Source of the DNA: Amoebophrya sp. A120
Taxonomy: Eukaryota; Protista; Dinoflagellata
Length of the DNA stretch: 64,000 nt
Direction: 5' to 3'
Assembly (NCBI GenBank): GCA_905178155.1
Contig: CAJINV010000017.1
Coordinates: 612,722 to 676,721, forward strand
Shown: positions 1 through 12,660 of the stretch, one piece after another
Layout of the letters: the number at the start of each line of letters is the position of its first letter
How positions within the stretch are numbered: position 1 is the stretch's first letter
The notes under the pieces: generated by a model
The model's database searches: none
Seen by the model: the letters and a program-made list of their open reading frames with translations, nothing else
Told to the model about the DNA's origin: nothing
Program-made: the position numbers and the translations under genes

Positions 1-28
1 GCGGCTCAGTTTACCCTGCCTAGGTTGG

Positions 29-719
29 CCTGTCTCTCGCGCCTCGACAATCCGCGAAAGCGGTGCGTTGGCTCCGAGTCTCTCGTTCTCGGTGTTCGGT
101 TTCAGGGCGAGCTCGACGCGTCGGCTCTTGGGCAACATAAACACCACAATCTTTAAGATCGAATAAAATTATGGATTTGAAGCAGCGCGCAGTGGTGCGT
201 ATGAAGTCCAATTTTAAGAAGTGAATTAGATTGTGGTGTTTCTGTTTGAGTGTTCGTTCGTGTTCGCACCGGGGTCTGGTCCACGCATCCGGTATATAAA
301 TCACGTGACCACAATATTCGTATTCTAATCTATTCGCGATCGCTATTCCTATTCCTATTCTAGTCTTATTCGATTATTCCTACTCTTATTCTACTCCCGG
401 TACTCTATTCTTNTACTCTATTCTTCTTTTTTCCCGCCCTCCCGCACCTCGGCTTGGGCACCTATTCGGCGCAAGCCGCTTTTCGTTGTTTATCTTTCGT
501 TTCTTCATGTTTCAACGCAATCTAATTCATCGATCCGTCACGTCCCCTCGCCCTGCCCGTTGGTGCTAGTGACACTCACCTGTCTCTCGCGCCTCGACAA
601 TCCGCGAAAGCGGTGCGTTGGCTCCGAGTCTCTCGTTCTCGGTGTTCGGTTTCAGGGCGAGCTCGACGCGTCGGCTCTTGGGCAACATAAACACCACAAT
701 CTTTAAGATCGAATAAAAT
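29..719. repeat. Perfect 141-bp direct repeat (29-169 and 579-719) flanking a spacer with a TATTC-like low-complexity tract
   Basis: CCTGTCTCTCGCGCCTCGACAA...CTTTAAGATCGAATAAAAT is identical at offset 550; degenerate (TATTC/TACTC)n at ~315-425. Confidence 0.9.
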
Positions 720-2255
720 GAGGCCTTTCGCTGTTTCAACGCCGTGAACATCCGCGGCAGGCCGTACTTGCGACTTGCGGAGCTGCACACCGCACTGCAA
801 GCCGTGTCCGCCAACCCGGTTTTCGATCAACTCCGGTCGAAGAGTCACAGCTTCTTCCTATGGATTGCAAAAATGTCTTGCAACTTGTCATGCTGTCTTT
901 GGATTCCAAAAAAATCTGTATTGCGTGACCAGCAACAGGACTCCAGTTTGTGTTACGCGGAGAGGGCATTTCTCATGCGGAATAGGCATCAGCAAGCCCT
1001 GTAAAAATCTGTGATGCTAGATCATGCATTACATGCGTCGTGGATCATACGAAAGATGCATCACAAATTCCGGAATCTTCCAGACCCAGACTACATTTTT
1101 ACACTCGATACTTCCCCTTGCTGTGCAAGGCGTTTCTGAACGCGTCCGCTAACCGGGACCAACAGTGCTCCGCAGCGGACTTCGAATCCTTGTTGGAGTC
1201 CTTGTCCCTGACCCAGTTGGACGCCACGAACATTTTCCGGGCGTTCGTGCAAAACGACTTTGCGAGTCTGGACGTGTGGAGCTTCATCAACTTGATCCTC
1301 GGAGCTTTGTGTCCGTCGTTAATCCTGGAGGAGTTTCTGAACAACGATTTGTTGTGTGAAACCCTGCAGAATTTAGCCACCTGGTACTACAAACCGTTCA
1401 ACTTTGAGGAGTTTTTGAATATGTGCCAAAACTGTGGGATTTACGACAAGCGCGCGGTCCAGCTTTGCTTTTTGTTTCTGGACGTGGACAACAGTGAGCA
1501 GGTGTTTGCGCGAGAAATTCTCACCGCGTTCCACATCAAGCGGCAGCTGGCGCCGGGCGGCTCGGAAAAGAGCAGTAGTAGCAGGAAAAGACAGGGTACT
1601 TGCCGACAGTTGAAGGAAGTTGTTTTTTCTTATTTGAATGACAGAAAATCAGGCAGCACTATACATAGGAAGTTTTCGAACCTCGTTGTGTGCAAAGAAT
1701 GCGAAGTCCGGTAGTTCAAACTGTGCAGCTCTGAATAACTGCATTAAATAAACCTGCTCAGGTCAAACCAACCGCGCACGGCAGATGATTGCCGAGTCGC
1801 TAGGCAAACAATTTGCCGGGTGTTTTGCCAAGGCGGATCTGCTGAAACGGGTGGTGAAAGCGCCGTGGTCTGCTTCGGAGCAGGAAGCGGTGCAGGGCGG
1901 TTTCAAGACGCTTAAACGAATCCAGACCGGAATTCCCGTACCAAAACCGAAGAGAAAGGACGAGGACGAAGACGCCCCCCCGCCCAAACCCGGGTTCCGG
2001 AGGCGCAGGAAACTCGCCCCGTCCTCCGAGAACGCACCCGCGCCGGCGCAAAGCACCATGAGCAGCAGCGAACCCTACCTTGGGAAAGTGGAAGCGCTGC
2101 CCGCGGAGCTGCTGCACAGCGACCTCATTTTCAATCTGGAGGAGTACGCGAGATCGAAAAACGTGATCCAGAAGCAGCACACGTCGTTAATAACGGAGTG
2201 CGGGTCCAGGGACATGCTGGAGCTCTATTTCTTGGGCAACAAGCTGCGGACCTGA
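717..2255 (+). CDS. EF-hand-containing protein (5' end probably upstream of the window); exons ~717-858, 1116-~1595, ~1762-2255
   Basis: EAFRCFNAVNIRGRPYLRLAELHTAL and FLDVDNSEQVFAREILTAF resemble EF-hands; ORFs 744 and 1040 join in frame (SHSFF-PLLCK) after removing 859-1115. Confidence 0.6.
859..1110. mobile_element. Introner, family A (left TIR partly deleted), TSD CTTCC
   Basis: TATGGATTGCAAAAATGTCT ... CTTCCAGACCCAGACTACATTTTTACACTCGATA; CTTCC at 854-858 and 1111-1115; 257-nt removal restores the frame. Confidence 0.85.
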
Positions 2256-3358
2256 AAAGCATGAAGTGCTGTTCCTTCGCTGACTTGCGGTCGTGAGAAA
2301 AAGTGCTGGACTTCTTATTTGTGTGTATCTGTAAATGTAGACCACCTGGTCTCCGTCGGTACAGAAGTACTTAACGGGATGGTACTACCACTACTATGCT
2401 CGTACAGGCTAAATAAAAGTATGTACAATAATGTTTCGGTTTCATCAACATCCGTGCTTTGTTTAGTACTCAAAACGTATGCAATGAACTAGAACTTGTG
2501 CTGCTTGCGAAGAAATCAGAACGAGGTTTCTTACCCCTAAGCTAGGCAACAGTTATCTTCACCAAGACCAAAATTGTAACAATCCAATCTCAAACACAAA
2601 GACAAACTCAATCTCTTCAAGAACCAAGACCAAGATTACTATACCAATTCGTAGACCCGATGCAAATTCTGGACTGGATTTTTGACGATAATCCGTAAAC
2701 TCCAGAAGTAGTTGCTGCAAGACATCGCAGACAGCAGCTTTTGCTTACGAGGGAACTAAACTTACTTACATCGACCGTGCTGCTCCGCACGCCACAATGC
2801 TGAACTGATAGCGACATACATTTTAAGCCTGAACGTTACTCTGCCGATGACCGGCACTGCGCACGGTCGCCGCGGACTCCACGTTGGATAAGTTTTCTGC
2901 AAGAAACAAGCATTTTTTTGTCCAGCCTCTTTTGAAATTTCGTCTTGTCGTGTCCGGTGCTTTCCTTGTTGAGCGACACGAGTGGCAGTTGTTGAGTGAA
3001 ATGGATTGGCCTCGGTTTGTTTCGAGATCTCGTTAACACTGAGGATACGAGGGACGGTCGTTTCAATATGCCGTAAGAAGTGCAGAAGTTCAGTCGGGAG
3101 TGTTATTGAGCCAGAACGTCGCAATTTAGGCAGACGATACAATCCAAATCCTGCCCTGTGAGATCGAAATACATCACAGAGAACCAGAAGCAGACACAAG
3201 AGCAGAATAGTGCAGCTAAGTAGGGGAAAAGCAAAGGCAGCAAAACGCTATGGCCGTTTCCCCGCGGCAAGTAGATGTAGAACTACATTCGTTAAATAGA
3301 TGCATCCGCTGCCGAGCAGTAGAGAACCACTTTCAAGAACTACGCCTCGTCTTCGCGC

Positions 3359-6300
3359 ATGGGCAGCATTAAACACTACAACACACAACAGCGTCCACCG
3401 ACACCACCAGCATGCCACCTGCTGGCTCTGCTCCTTTTGGCCGCCCTAAGGTCCGCTTTCGGCGAGCAGAAAAGATACGGGCTCCGTGGGAGTGCCGCGA
3501 AAGGGGAGGGTGCATCAATACCGGCAATCATGGGGGATGGCGTCATCTCTGGTGCTGAGCAATCAGCTGCACAAACAGAAAATGAGCTCTCAGCCGCCTT
3601 CACGCAACAAGACCACGGAGCGACCGGTATGAACAGTGGTGGAGGCTCGTCTGCCACCGCTTTTGACTTCGTAGATGAGGCGAAACTAGTACAAGGAGCA
3701 CCAGCAATATCACAAACTTCAACATCTCCTAATCCCTCCCTGCGGGGTGCTGGGCGGCGGCAAACGACCACACCTGCGGTGGAAAGTAGATCAAGCGCAG
3801 CTGATGTAGAAGCGGAAGATGCGACTCTGTTCGACGCGGAGGCGGCCATCGATCCGGCGTCCTCGTTTTTGCTTACGGGGGTACAAGAGGAAGAAGTAGC
3901 GCAGAAGCTGGAACAAGAGCAAACTACTTCGGAAACACAACTACAAGCAGCAGCGGCAGCAGCTTCGACTAAAGCGGGACTGGGTCTCGAGATGAGCCAA
4001 GAGCAGAAAGAACAAGAGGAACAAGAACATATTCGAGCTGCAGCTGCTGCAGAGGCCACAAGTCAGGAGCAACAGGAGCAGGAGAAAATTATAGCCAAGA
4101 CATCGGAAGAACGAAATCATCTCGATACCAGTGAAATAAAAAGTAGAAATGAAGCAGAAAAATCCGCAGCAGACGTCGAACACCTCCCAGCATCGAGCCA
4201 TCTGCAAAAAACGGCGGAAACGCCAGTACTGAAAAGCGGTTTCACTTCCGGCGACGACACGGGGTCCTGCTGTTACGGCCACGAATTACTCGGCATCACT
4301 TTATTGAAAGGCGAAATACTACTTCTTACAGCTAGTCTCTGATGAACACATCAGGCGTTCTTGTGTAGTAAGTTGTGAGAGGCTTGTAGTACATGTTGAT
4401 CATGATAGCTGCAAACTTGGGTCGTTGCAATCGCAAAGATCTCAACTATGTATGCATGAAGCACCGTGCCAGCTTGTTGCGTCCGCGTTGACCTCCTTCG
4501 CCCTTGACTTTGACAGGGGGAAAGTTAATAGAAGTTTCATTTTCCCAGCGATACAATGCAGAGGATAGGAAGCGGCAACAAGTTGCTCTGCAGTCACTGG
4601 GAAAAGCAGGGTCGGGAACCGGAAAGAAGACAAGCCAGAGGTACTGCTATGTTGTATACGTACATTGATGACATTGGTAAATTTGTTGCCATTGACGAAG
4701 CATTTTCAATTTCATGGATGCTTTTTGGAATCCCAAGCTGTCGTGCGCAGAAAGTTTGCTAGAACAAGCGGGCATCATGAACGCAAGACTCATTGAAAGA
4801 ATACTACTTACAACTAAACTCAGGTGTGCCAAGGAGCGTCTGGACCTTCCGTGCGAATACAAGCTGACGTTCCCGCAGCGGAACCCGAAGGACCCCGACT
4901 ACAGCTGCTGCAAGCTACAGGGTAATTCGAAGACATGCTATCCACTGCATTATTGATTATGTCTGGGTCTTCTATGCGACGCAAGGCGAGCATGGTTTTG
5001 TATCGATTCGGTTAGCATGACTGTCAGGTCTGTCGTGTACGTCACGCAAACGTACGAAAAGCTCCCAAAATTGTTTGTCATGCAGACGCTACAGTTTGTC
5101 ATTGTTCTGCAGACGCGTAGCCGCCTTCCAAAACTTTATATTTGTCCCACTTCATCCCCCCTGACCCTGAGCGAGTTAAAGGTCTGTTCTTGTGCTGCTC
5201 GTGCCCGCAGCACAAGTTTTCAGAGGACCTCCTATGACGTAATTTTTGCAGTTGATTAGTGCGTTCAGAACCCGAAGATTTCCGACGCTGACGAAGCCAC
5301 ATGCCGCATGAAAAGGATAAATCCCCACGCCAGGGTATTACAATGAAAAATGCCCCCACCCCCGAACTTGAAAGCATTTGTATTGCAAACCTTTCCAAAT
5401 GAAACATTCGCCCTTTTGCATGTATTAGCATCACAGATTTCCGATCGTGAATAGCAAAAATTTGTATTGCAAAAGATCCCAGCAAGAGCTGTGTTTGTCA
5501 TGCAAGCGATGCGAAACACGACTAGACTCTGCATCAGAAAGATTCATACTCCTTTCATGCATGACAAAAAGTTTTCATTTGGAAACTTCGCATCACATAA
5601 ATTTTTGCAAGTTTGGGGGTGGGGGGCACTTTTCACTGTAATACAGGGCGGACTACGAAGCGTATTGGTGGTGGATAAAGTACTATCCAAGAAAAAAAGG
5701 TTGTTAGTGTAAATTTGTGATGCGCAAAATGCAAATTGATTGCGCCTGTCATGCTGTGCCTGCATTGTAGGGTCTATTTAGCGGCGTTTTCCCGTACTAT
5801 CTGCGCATGACAGGTTTCTGCTGTCGTGCGAGAGATATTTGTCATGCTAATCCTCCAAGAAAGTTACACCCACAATCTTTTTTTTCTGGATCATAAGTAC
5901 GGCATCGGCGACGACGCAGAAAAGGAACGGCTGCAGAAATTACGGGAGCAGCTGAATAAAAAGTGCAAGGTATCGTGAGGAAGAATTAATCCCCGCTGCC
6001 ATTCTGAAAAGGGTATAGCTTGTCTTGCGGATTCGCGTAGAAGTCCACACAATAAAGGCCTCTCTCTAGTTGCATCCTGCCGCTTTTTGCAAGACAGAGC
6101 TGAATTGTGCGCAAAACAATAAATAATTCCGGATATACTTTACTCAAACGAAATTTCCTTTTCAAAAAATGTGGAGCGCCGGGTTGCTTTTTTTCACTGG
6201 TATACAAGAAAGAGGCCTTGGACATAACGTGCGAGTACAGATTCTATCTCGAAGACTACGAAGCGGAGATCGACAAGAAGTGCTGCTACGAAAATCACTC

Positions 6301-8649
6301 GGGCACCAGGAACGCGAGTTGTGGGGCTCGGAAGGAGTTGCCGCCAAAGATACTGGAGGAGGTAAGTTAAGTACAGTAATTTTTTTGATGTTTTGTTGCA
6401 GGGAAGAACAAGAAGTATGCTAGCGCCTGCTATGCCTGTCGTGGTTCTTGTAGGGAGGTTCTTGCATGTATGTTCGATGAACCGAAGATGATACAACTTT
6501 CTTGCTCGTGTTGGATGAAAAGAATAACTCTATAATTTCGTGCTACTCCTGCAGTGCGTCGAAGTGGGCCCCAACCCGAATCCTCCCGACCCCGAGGCCT
6601 TTATCCCCGGAAATAGAAAAAAAGTCGCGTCAACAGATTAAATGAATCGTGAGTAGTTGTGACCATGAAGTATACTCCTTGCAACAGAAGTGCAGTATGA
6701 AGTATACTCCTTGCAACCATGAAGTATAGTACCCCGTACTTTATGCATGGAAAAAATTTGTTCTTGTTCATCTTCGCTGTTGTGCTGTCTCTCGGGAACA
6801 AGATGATCATTCAGGTAGCTGCGGCTCTTTTATTTCCTCCATACCCTTACCCGAACGCCTCCGTCCAAGGTCAACGCCATCGCCTAGGTATGATAGATTT
6901 GATGTTGTCAGATAAACACGAAATTCATATTAATACTTACTTACAGCTCCGTTCAGTTGTATTTTCATACGTCAATATGATGATGATCGCCTTTTAAGAT
7001 TCAGCATTCTATTTCACTGCACCGCAATAAATTATCAGCCCCACCACGCCGTCAGGGGGAGATATCGACGGGCTTCCAGTATTCCAGTACGCAACTCTCC
7101 CTGTCCCTCGTTTGGCATGCAAAACGCGCAAAAATCCTGTCTAGGCCGTTTCTTTGACCGTGATCTTTGCATGACGACTTCTGGAAGTACTAGCCCAAAC
7201 AGCACTATACATGCCGAGCGTGGAAGATTTGTCTTGCAAAAAGACTTCATAATTCATCCTCCTGTTGCTAGGAACGCACCCACTGAAATTGAAGTAACAG
7301 GGAGGGGAACTTGTGCAGTCTCATAACAGGACCGGCAAAAGGATCCCGATCCGGACGACGGTGATTCGGGGAGTGCCGAAACCTCGGCAAGTATCATGTG
7401 CAGAAACCGATACCCATACCCTAACTTCTGGGTCAGACAAATGCAAATCCAGAACTTCTTCTGGGACTCCTGCATGACGAGTTCTTTGGAGATGCAGTGT
7501 AGAGCAGGTGCACCAGGGGCATCAGAATAAAGGAATCGAATATCATCTTATCCTGATCAGGGCATGAGAACCTCCCGAGCAGATGAAGTAAAAAATAAGG
7601 TCTTTTGATGGTGAGCAACCGCATGTTCACGAGAAATTTTCTTTGCATGATGCGCATCCATAATTTGCATGACGAACAATACGGGCTGAGAAGTACCAAA
7701 GTGGTTTTTGCACAGGATAGAAAGTTCCGTCGAAACGTCGGACCCGGAGGGAACCGACCCAGAGACGGAGTCGGAAGAAACCTGGAGTGAGTCGGAAGAG
7801 TGGGAAGACACGGACTCTTCGGACGGGGAAGCCAGTTCCTCCGACGAGCAGCAGATCGTCGTGAAGGTCACCACGGTCACCGGAGGTGGTATGGGAGTGT
7901 CAGAATTGAAATCCACAAAGTTGAAATAATCTGTGACGCATAAAACGGACACCACTATTCGCCTAGTTTCCAAGTGGCGCATGACAAATTTAGGTAGAAC
8001 CGAAATCCAGTTTGTAATGCTGTTTGGGTAAGGAAGACGCCTTTTGTCATGCTACTTTAGCAGCTCTATCTCTACCCCGCAACAGGCTTACAATCTGCAT
8101 CCCATGCGTCCTCTGCAATAGAGGCAACTTCTGTGTTGCATTTTATGCATGACAAATTATTTCAACTTTGAGGATTTCGATCCTGACGCTTCCATAGGTG
8201 GAGATGGTGCAGGTGGTATGGACGCAACGCAGAAAATGCTGACCGCCGGTATGACCCGCTCAAATGTTTCAATCTCAAACGTTACAATAGAATCTGGTTT
8301 TTGTATTGCATGATGAGCATGACAGACCCGCACAGCGTTCCAATTTCTGCATTGCAAATATCGCCAGATTGTAGTGGGGTTTAGGGCTCCGCAACTTGTC
8401 ATGCGCAATCATATGAGAGTTGGCTAGATCATGCACCTCTTGCATCACAGATTTCCATATTCTATTGTGACGTTTGAGATTGTAACGCCTGAGCGGGTTA
8501 TAGCCGGCAAAAGGTCTCCGGTGACCAGTGGGAGTCCAAATGTCCAAATCACCGGGACCGGGAAAGGCAACGTGAAGGTGGTTGGTGACGGCCACGGCGG
8601 CGACGACAGTTACGACGGTTCGGATTCGGAATCTGCTGCCGCCGCTTAG
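3359..8649 (+). CDS. Secreted/surface protein: signal peptide, Glu/Gln/Ala-rich region, Cys-rich modules, acidic Ser/Gly tail; at least 10 introns, mostly non-canonical
   Basis: Hydrophobic LLALLLLAALRSAFG; exons chained in frame by introner removal (GNSKTC-VQNPK, PHAR-ADYEA, WIKY-GIGDD, ETSAS-SVETS, VTGGG-DGAGG, LTAG-KRSPV); some 5' junctions unresolved. Confidence 0.6.
4939..5258. mobile_element. Degenerate introner-like intron
   Basis: Imperfect IR TATCCACTGCA / TGCAGTTGATTA; TGC repeated at both junctions; removing 4939-5262 joins the frames. Confidence 0.55.
5336..5643. mobile_element. Introner, family B, TSD CAGGG
   Basis: TIR TATTACAATGAAAAATGCCCCCACCCCCGAACTTG / TTTGGGGGTGGGGGGCACTTTTCACTGTAATA; homologous copy at 42692-42996. 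Confidence 0.9.
5684..5895. mobile_element. Introner, family F, TSD AGTAC
   Basis: TATCCAAGAAAAAAAGGTTGTTAGTGTAA / TTACACCCACAATCTTTTTTTTCTGGATCATA; same terminus as 31076-31260; frame restored. Confidence 0.85.
7080..7325. mobile_element. Degenerate introner-like intron
   Basis: TAT...ATA ends, weak IR (CTCCCTGT/ACAGGGAG), CAG repeated at the junctions; removing 7080-7329 gives STGFQ-DRQKD. Confidence 0.45.
7392..7719. mobile_element. Introner, family G, TSD GCAAG/GAAAG
   Basis: TATCATGTGCAGAAACC / GGTTTTTGCACAGGATA (15/17 IR); 333-nt removal is in frame. Confidence 0.8.
7890..8196. mobile_element. Introner, family D (~55-bp TIR), TSD GGTGG
   Basis: TATGGGAGTGTCAGAATTGAAATCCACAAAGTTGAAATAAT... 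/ ...ATTATTTCAACTTTGAGGATTTCGATCCTGACGCTTCCATA; related TIR at 61100-61405. Confidence 0.9.
8250..8502. mobile_element. Introner, family E, TSD GCCGG
   Basis: TATGACCCGCTCAAATGTTTCAATCTCAAACG / CGTTTGAGATTGTAACGCCTGAGCGGGTTATA; 258-nt removal is in frame. Confidence 0.9.
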
Positions 8650-9965
8650 GAAAAGAGCTTCCTGTGAATGTGCAACATCATTGACTTGTACGGAAAAAGT
8701 GAAAGAATAAGAACTTGTATTAAGTTATTTTCCTGTACCTCCTACGGACGACGACGACTCGATTGAATTGCAATTGATGATCAAAGTTTAATAAATACGT
8801 TTCATTGTAGGGTCTGAAAACTCGTCTCCGGCCTCCTCGACGGACGACTCACTGCAGCAGTACCCAAAAAGTAGTGATAAGACCGTTGTTAAGAAGACCA
8901 CGACTTTTGTTGCACAGTTGCTTTTCCAAGAATACTAACTCATCAGTTTTTTGCGAAACTCAACTACAAATATTACAGAGCTAAAAACGATGCGTCCTGT
9001 ATGATATCCAACATTGCAAGATGAAAAAGAGTTTCAGCTACAGTAGATTCGCTTTGCAAAAACAGCTGCTTCCCGCTTGTACTAAGACTAAAAGAGATAG
9101 AGAGCGAATACTGGTGAGGTCAAGAACCTTCTTGTATGATAGCTCCGACCAGCCGTCTCTGTCTCTGTGCCCCCCACCCCAGGCATGTACATAGGTGAGA
9201 CTGAATTTTTGTAAAGTGGAAAAGACAGTGATGAATGCGCTAATATTCTAGGCTGGTCCCGGAAGAGGGGCGAATCTCAACCGGGAAGAGTTTCTCGTGT
9301 TGAATCTCGGCTTGTTATTGTTTACAGCCTGCTCATGATTCTTGTTTTCTGAGCATATCGTCGTGAAGAAGATGTCTTTACTCGACATTATCGTCATCGT
9401 TTTTGCAGCGCGCCGTCGGCAAGTGACCCGGTTTTTGACACTGTAGTTGTTTGCAAGGCAGCAGCTCATACGATCTATCATTTCGGCTTCGGTACTGGTT
9501 CGTTTTCTGCTCTTCTTAATTGCGGCTTATTCCATGTCGGTGATGCTCTAAGTACTTCGTGCGATGGAAACGTAATCTTGCGTCTCGTCTTTACTGTTTG
9601 CGTCCAATCCCCCATGCCGGCTGCGGAGCTCGGTTTCGTTCGTCCTATGGTGTACGTAGTTTTATTCTTCGTAGGATAGAAGGACCTGCAGTTCCATTCT
9701 TTGAAATCGTCCGCAGCTGACAGTCATTGTTGTAGCGGCACAAGTAAAATTTAGGGCACGTACCCATATTACCCACCAGGCTGAAAAGTAGGACCCAAGT
9801 GAATTAGCTGATTCACAACCCCAGCGGATTAAATACGGTTAGAACATACTCTAACTTTGACCGCATTCGACCTGCACTAGCTGAACATAAAAATTTTGAT
9901 CACTCGGCAAGGAACAAGGTGTACTAGATGACTTTTTGTTGAAAGTAACGCAAAGAATACAAGCC

Positions 9966-10769
9966 ATGCCCCGGTGCTCCCGATTGCCAAGAGCGGTCGG
10001 CTTCAGCAAGGCGCTGTTAATAGCCGTCCTCTCCACTTCCGTCACATTTGTGCACCAAATATCCGCTTTTCGCTTCTTGATGCAGAGAAACATCACGAAA
10101 GCTGCGACATCGGGGCAACTGCAGCGAAACAAGATAGACCATAGAAAGATGGAAAAGTCCGAACGACAGACGGAAGCGGAGGGCATGGTGAAGATGACTT
10201 CGCGACACGAAAAGATTGGTGTGAAGAAGAGCAACAAGCGGAGTAGAGGTACAATGAGCGGAACTACATCACGAGAGATGGAAATAGAACAAGAAAGGCT
10301 GCAAAAGGCTGCAATAGCAGAGAGCCACGAGGAGGGCAGCAAATTGCTGGAAACAAGACAGCAGTTTACTTCTACAACTTCTTCACGGGAGATAAAACAA
10401 CAATCCGGAGGACGAGCACTTGCGGAGGCGAGAAGAGCAAGGACGGAAGAGAAAAAGTCCATGCAGGAGCAGTCTACGTCGTCGGGACGAGAAGAGAATT
10501 ACTCTGCTGCTTCCCAGCATTCAGAATCACAACTAAATAAGGAAAATAGTGCCAAAACCCAGGAGCGCAAAGACGTCGCCAACACCTGCTTCGGGCACAC
10601 GGAGGACAGTTTCGGAAGTACGTGCGAGGAGCGAGAAAAAATCTACGAAGGCAGCGGGTGTTGCAAAACCACGCAGCACTCCATCACTTGCTGTCCGTTT
10701 CAATACCGTTTACTCGAACAGCACGGCTGCGGGAACCCGTGCGCGAGCTGCGGGTGCGGGGGTTGTTGA
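9966..10769 (+). CDS. Putative secreted protein with Cys-rich C-terminus
   Basis: Signal-like KALLIAVLSTSVTFVHQISA; charged linker; ends CCPFQYRLLEQHGCGNPCASCGCGGC. Confidence 0.6.
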   Translation: MPRCSRLPRAVGFSKALLIAVLSTSVTFVHQISAFRFLMQRNITKAATSGQLQRNKIDHRKMEKSERQTEAEGMVKMTSRHEKIGVKKSNKRSRGTMSGTTSREMEIEQERLQKAAIAESHEEGSKLLETRQQFTSTTSSREIKQQSGGRALAEARRARTEEKKSMQEQSTSSGREENYSAASQHSESQLNKENSAKTQERKDVANTCFGHTEDSFGSTCEEREKIYEGSGCCKTTQHSITCCPFQYRLLEQHGCGNPCASCGCGGC

Positions 10770-11284
10770 GAAGCTAAAGTGTAGGCACATTGTCTCATTG
10801 CTGTCGTCGTGTGGGTGTGTTGACGAGGGTTGTGCTGCTTTCGAAAAAACAATAGACAAGAGGTTGAGGTTGAAGATTTTTCCAATTGATCTCCTTTTGC
10901 AAAATTTGGCGGCTTCAAACAAAGCTGACTTTTTGGCACGCTTCTTTGTTCAACCACGGTCTCGGTCTCCACGTCTACAGACAGCGAGTAGAAGTTGTGC
11001 TAGGAGTGAGAATAAATGTCGTTGCACCTGCTGCGTCGGCTGTTCATCCGGTTTCACTTGTTAATAACGCACTTAACGATAGAAGTCTGTCACAGGGACA
11101 GGTGGATGTGAAGAAGGTAGGATCCTTCAAGCGAGAGATGAGGATGACAGAAGGAGGAAGCAAAATATGTTTTGGGGTACATTTCTCCTCACACTTGCTT
11201 CGAATAAGTAAGTAGTTGCAGCCGTTGTACAGAATCAGAAGAGCTTCGCTCTCGGTACCTTTGACGTGTTGGCAAAAGAAGGAA

Positions 11285-11833
11285 ATGATGGCTGCAAGTT
11301 CGAAAACGCTCCAGGCAGTGGTCGGTAACCAGAAGCAGATGGCGAAAACTGCGTCTGGAAGTGCCTACGGGGCGTTGCGTAGCATTTCCTGCGCACTGCA
11401 GACTGGGTTCTTTCCTAGTAGTACCCAGAAACGAGCGCCAGCAGCGGTCCCAGTACCGGCGTTTGGAGGAATGCTCGGTACGACAGGAAAAACCGATTTT
11501 TTGCCAGTTCGCCCTGGCGCGCGACCGGGAACAAAGGTGTCGACTCCGAGTTCATTGCAGCAGAAACAAAATCTATCACCACCAGCATCCTTCCAACACC
11601 AATTCGTCACTCGTTTCTGTTTCGGCAGCGGGGGTGCACAGCGAACTGCGAACTTCAAGCGCGTGAGGGAAGAGCAGCTTGCCAAGATGAAACGGTTGCG
11701 CATTCAGCAGGAGGAGTGCGTTCGGCACGCAAAGTCTGAGGGAAAGGACCCCAAGGACGCGAAGTTACATTTTCAGAAGTCGGAGAAGAAGTGTGTCGGG
11801 ATAAAGGGCCTGAAGAAACCGAAAGGGTTCTGA
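11285..11833 (+). CDS. Small basic hypothetical protein, possibly mitochondrion-targeted
   Basis: Acid-poor Ser/Ala/Lys-rich N-terminus followed by a Lys/Arg-rich helical C-terminus. Confidence 0.45.
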   Translation: MMAASSKTLQAVVGNQKQMAKTASGSAYGALRSISCALQTGFFPSSTQKRAPAAVPVPAFGGMLGTTGKTDFLPVRPGARPGTKVSTPSSLQQKQNLSPPASFQHQFVTRFCFGSGGAQRTANFKRVREEQLAKMKRLRIQQEECVRHAKSEGKDPKDAKLHFQKSEKKCVGIKGLKKPKGF

Positions 11834-12660
11834 TTTATTTCTGGCAGGAATTTCGACCTTTTGCTTGTTTTCGAGGAGTCAAGAAATATGTTCAGCGCCT
11901 TGTACTTGAAGCAGTGGTTGTCGTTTTCTCGGCATCACCAGCATGGGTTTCGTATTGATAAAAAATGAATTTCTGACCCGCATTAAATTCATTTTTGCTC
12001 CTTTGTTCAACAGTATCTATTCCTTCGAGACTGAAGCCACGGAATGATCGCAAGTTTTTGCTATCGCCGATTTTTGGATGTGCAAGTTCGCAAGAAAAAG
12101 ATTGTGTATGGCATATGGTTGTTCGCAAAAGGCTGATGTACTAATTCCTGTCGTTCGCATGATTAGTTGTGTTTCGTCGAAATCTCTATCCCTCTCGTGG
12201 CTATACCGACCACTCTGGTTCTTGCCGACTAAGGTCGTGGCTTTTCGTTTTTTCCTGTCGTTACGCTTTCAGTCTCGTGCACGGACATCCACTGATATCG
12301 TCGTCCATCACTGTAATGTCGTGCTTGATCCTCGTCGCTTCTGTCGTCCAGCAGGTTCTCCCTTGACACGTTATGTCCGATTCGTGCTTTTTCTCACACA
12401 GAAGTCCTTTCCTGAAAAACACACGGTGCAATCTGATAGTCATACTTGTTGGAAACGTGCAGCAGTTTACTTCTCTCACACCGCGGATGACAACGTTTGA
12501 GCTGTAGTCAGATACCATTTCGATTGGCTCGGTTTCTTGGAAAAAGTTCTTGCTTCAGCATATCTTCATTCAACCTGCCTGGATAGAAGACGAGTTCGTT
12601 CTTTTTATCTTCTTGCAGCATACAATGGGCATCTCCCTCACCTTCGATGTGATTCGAAAG

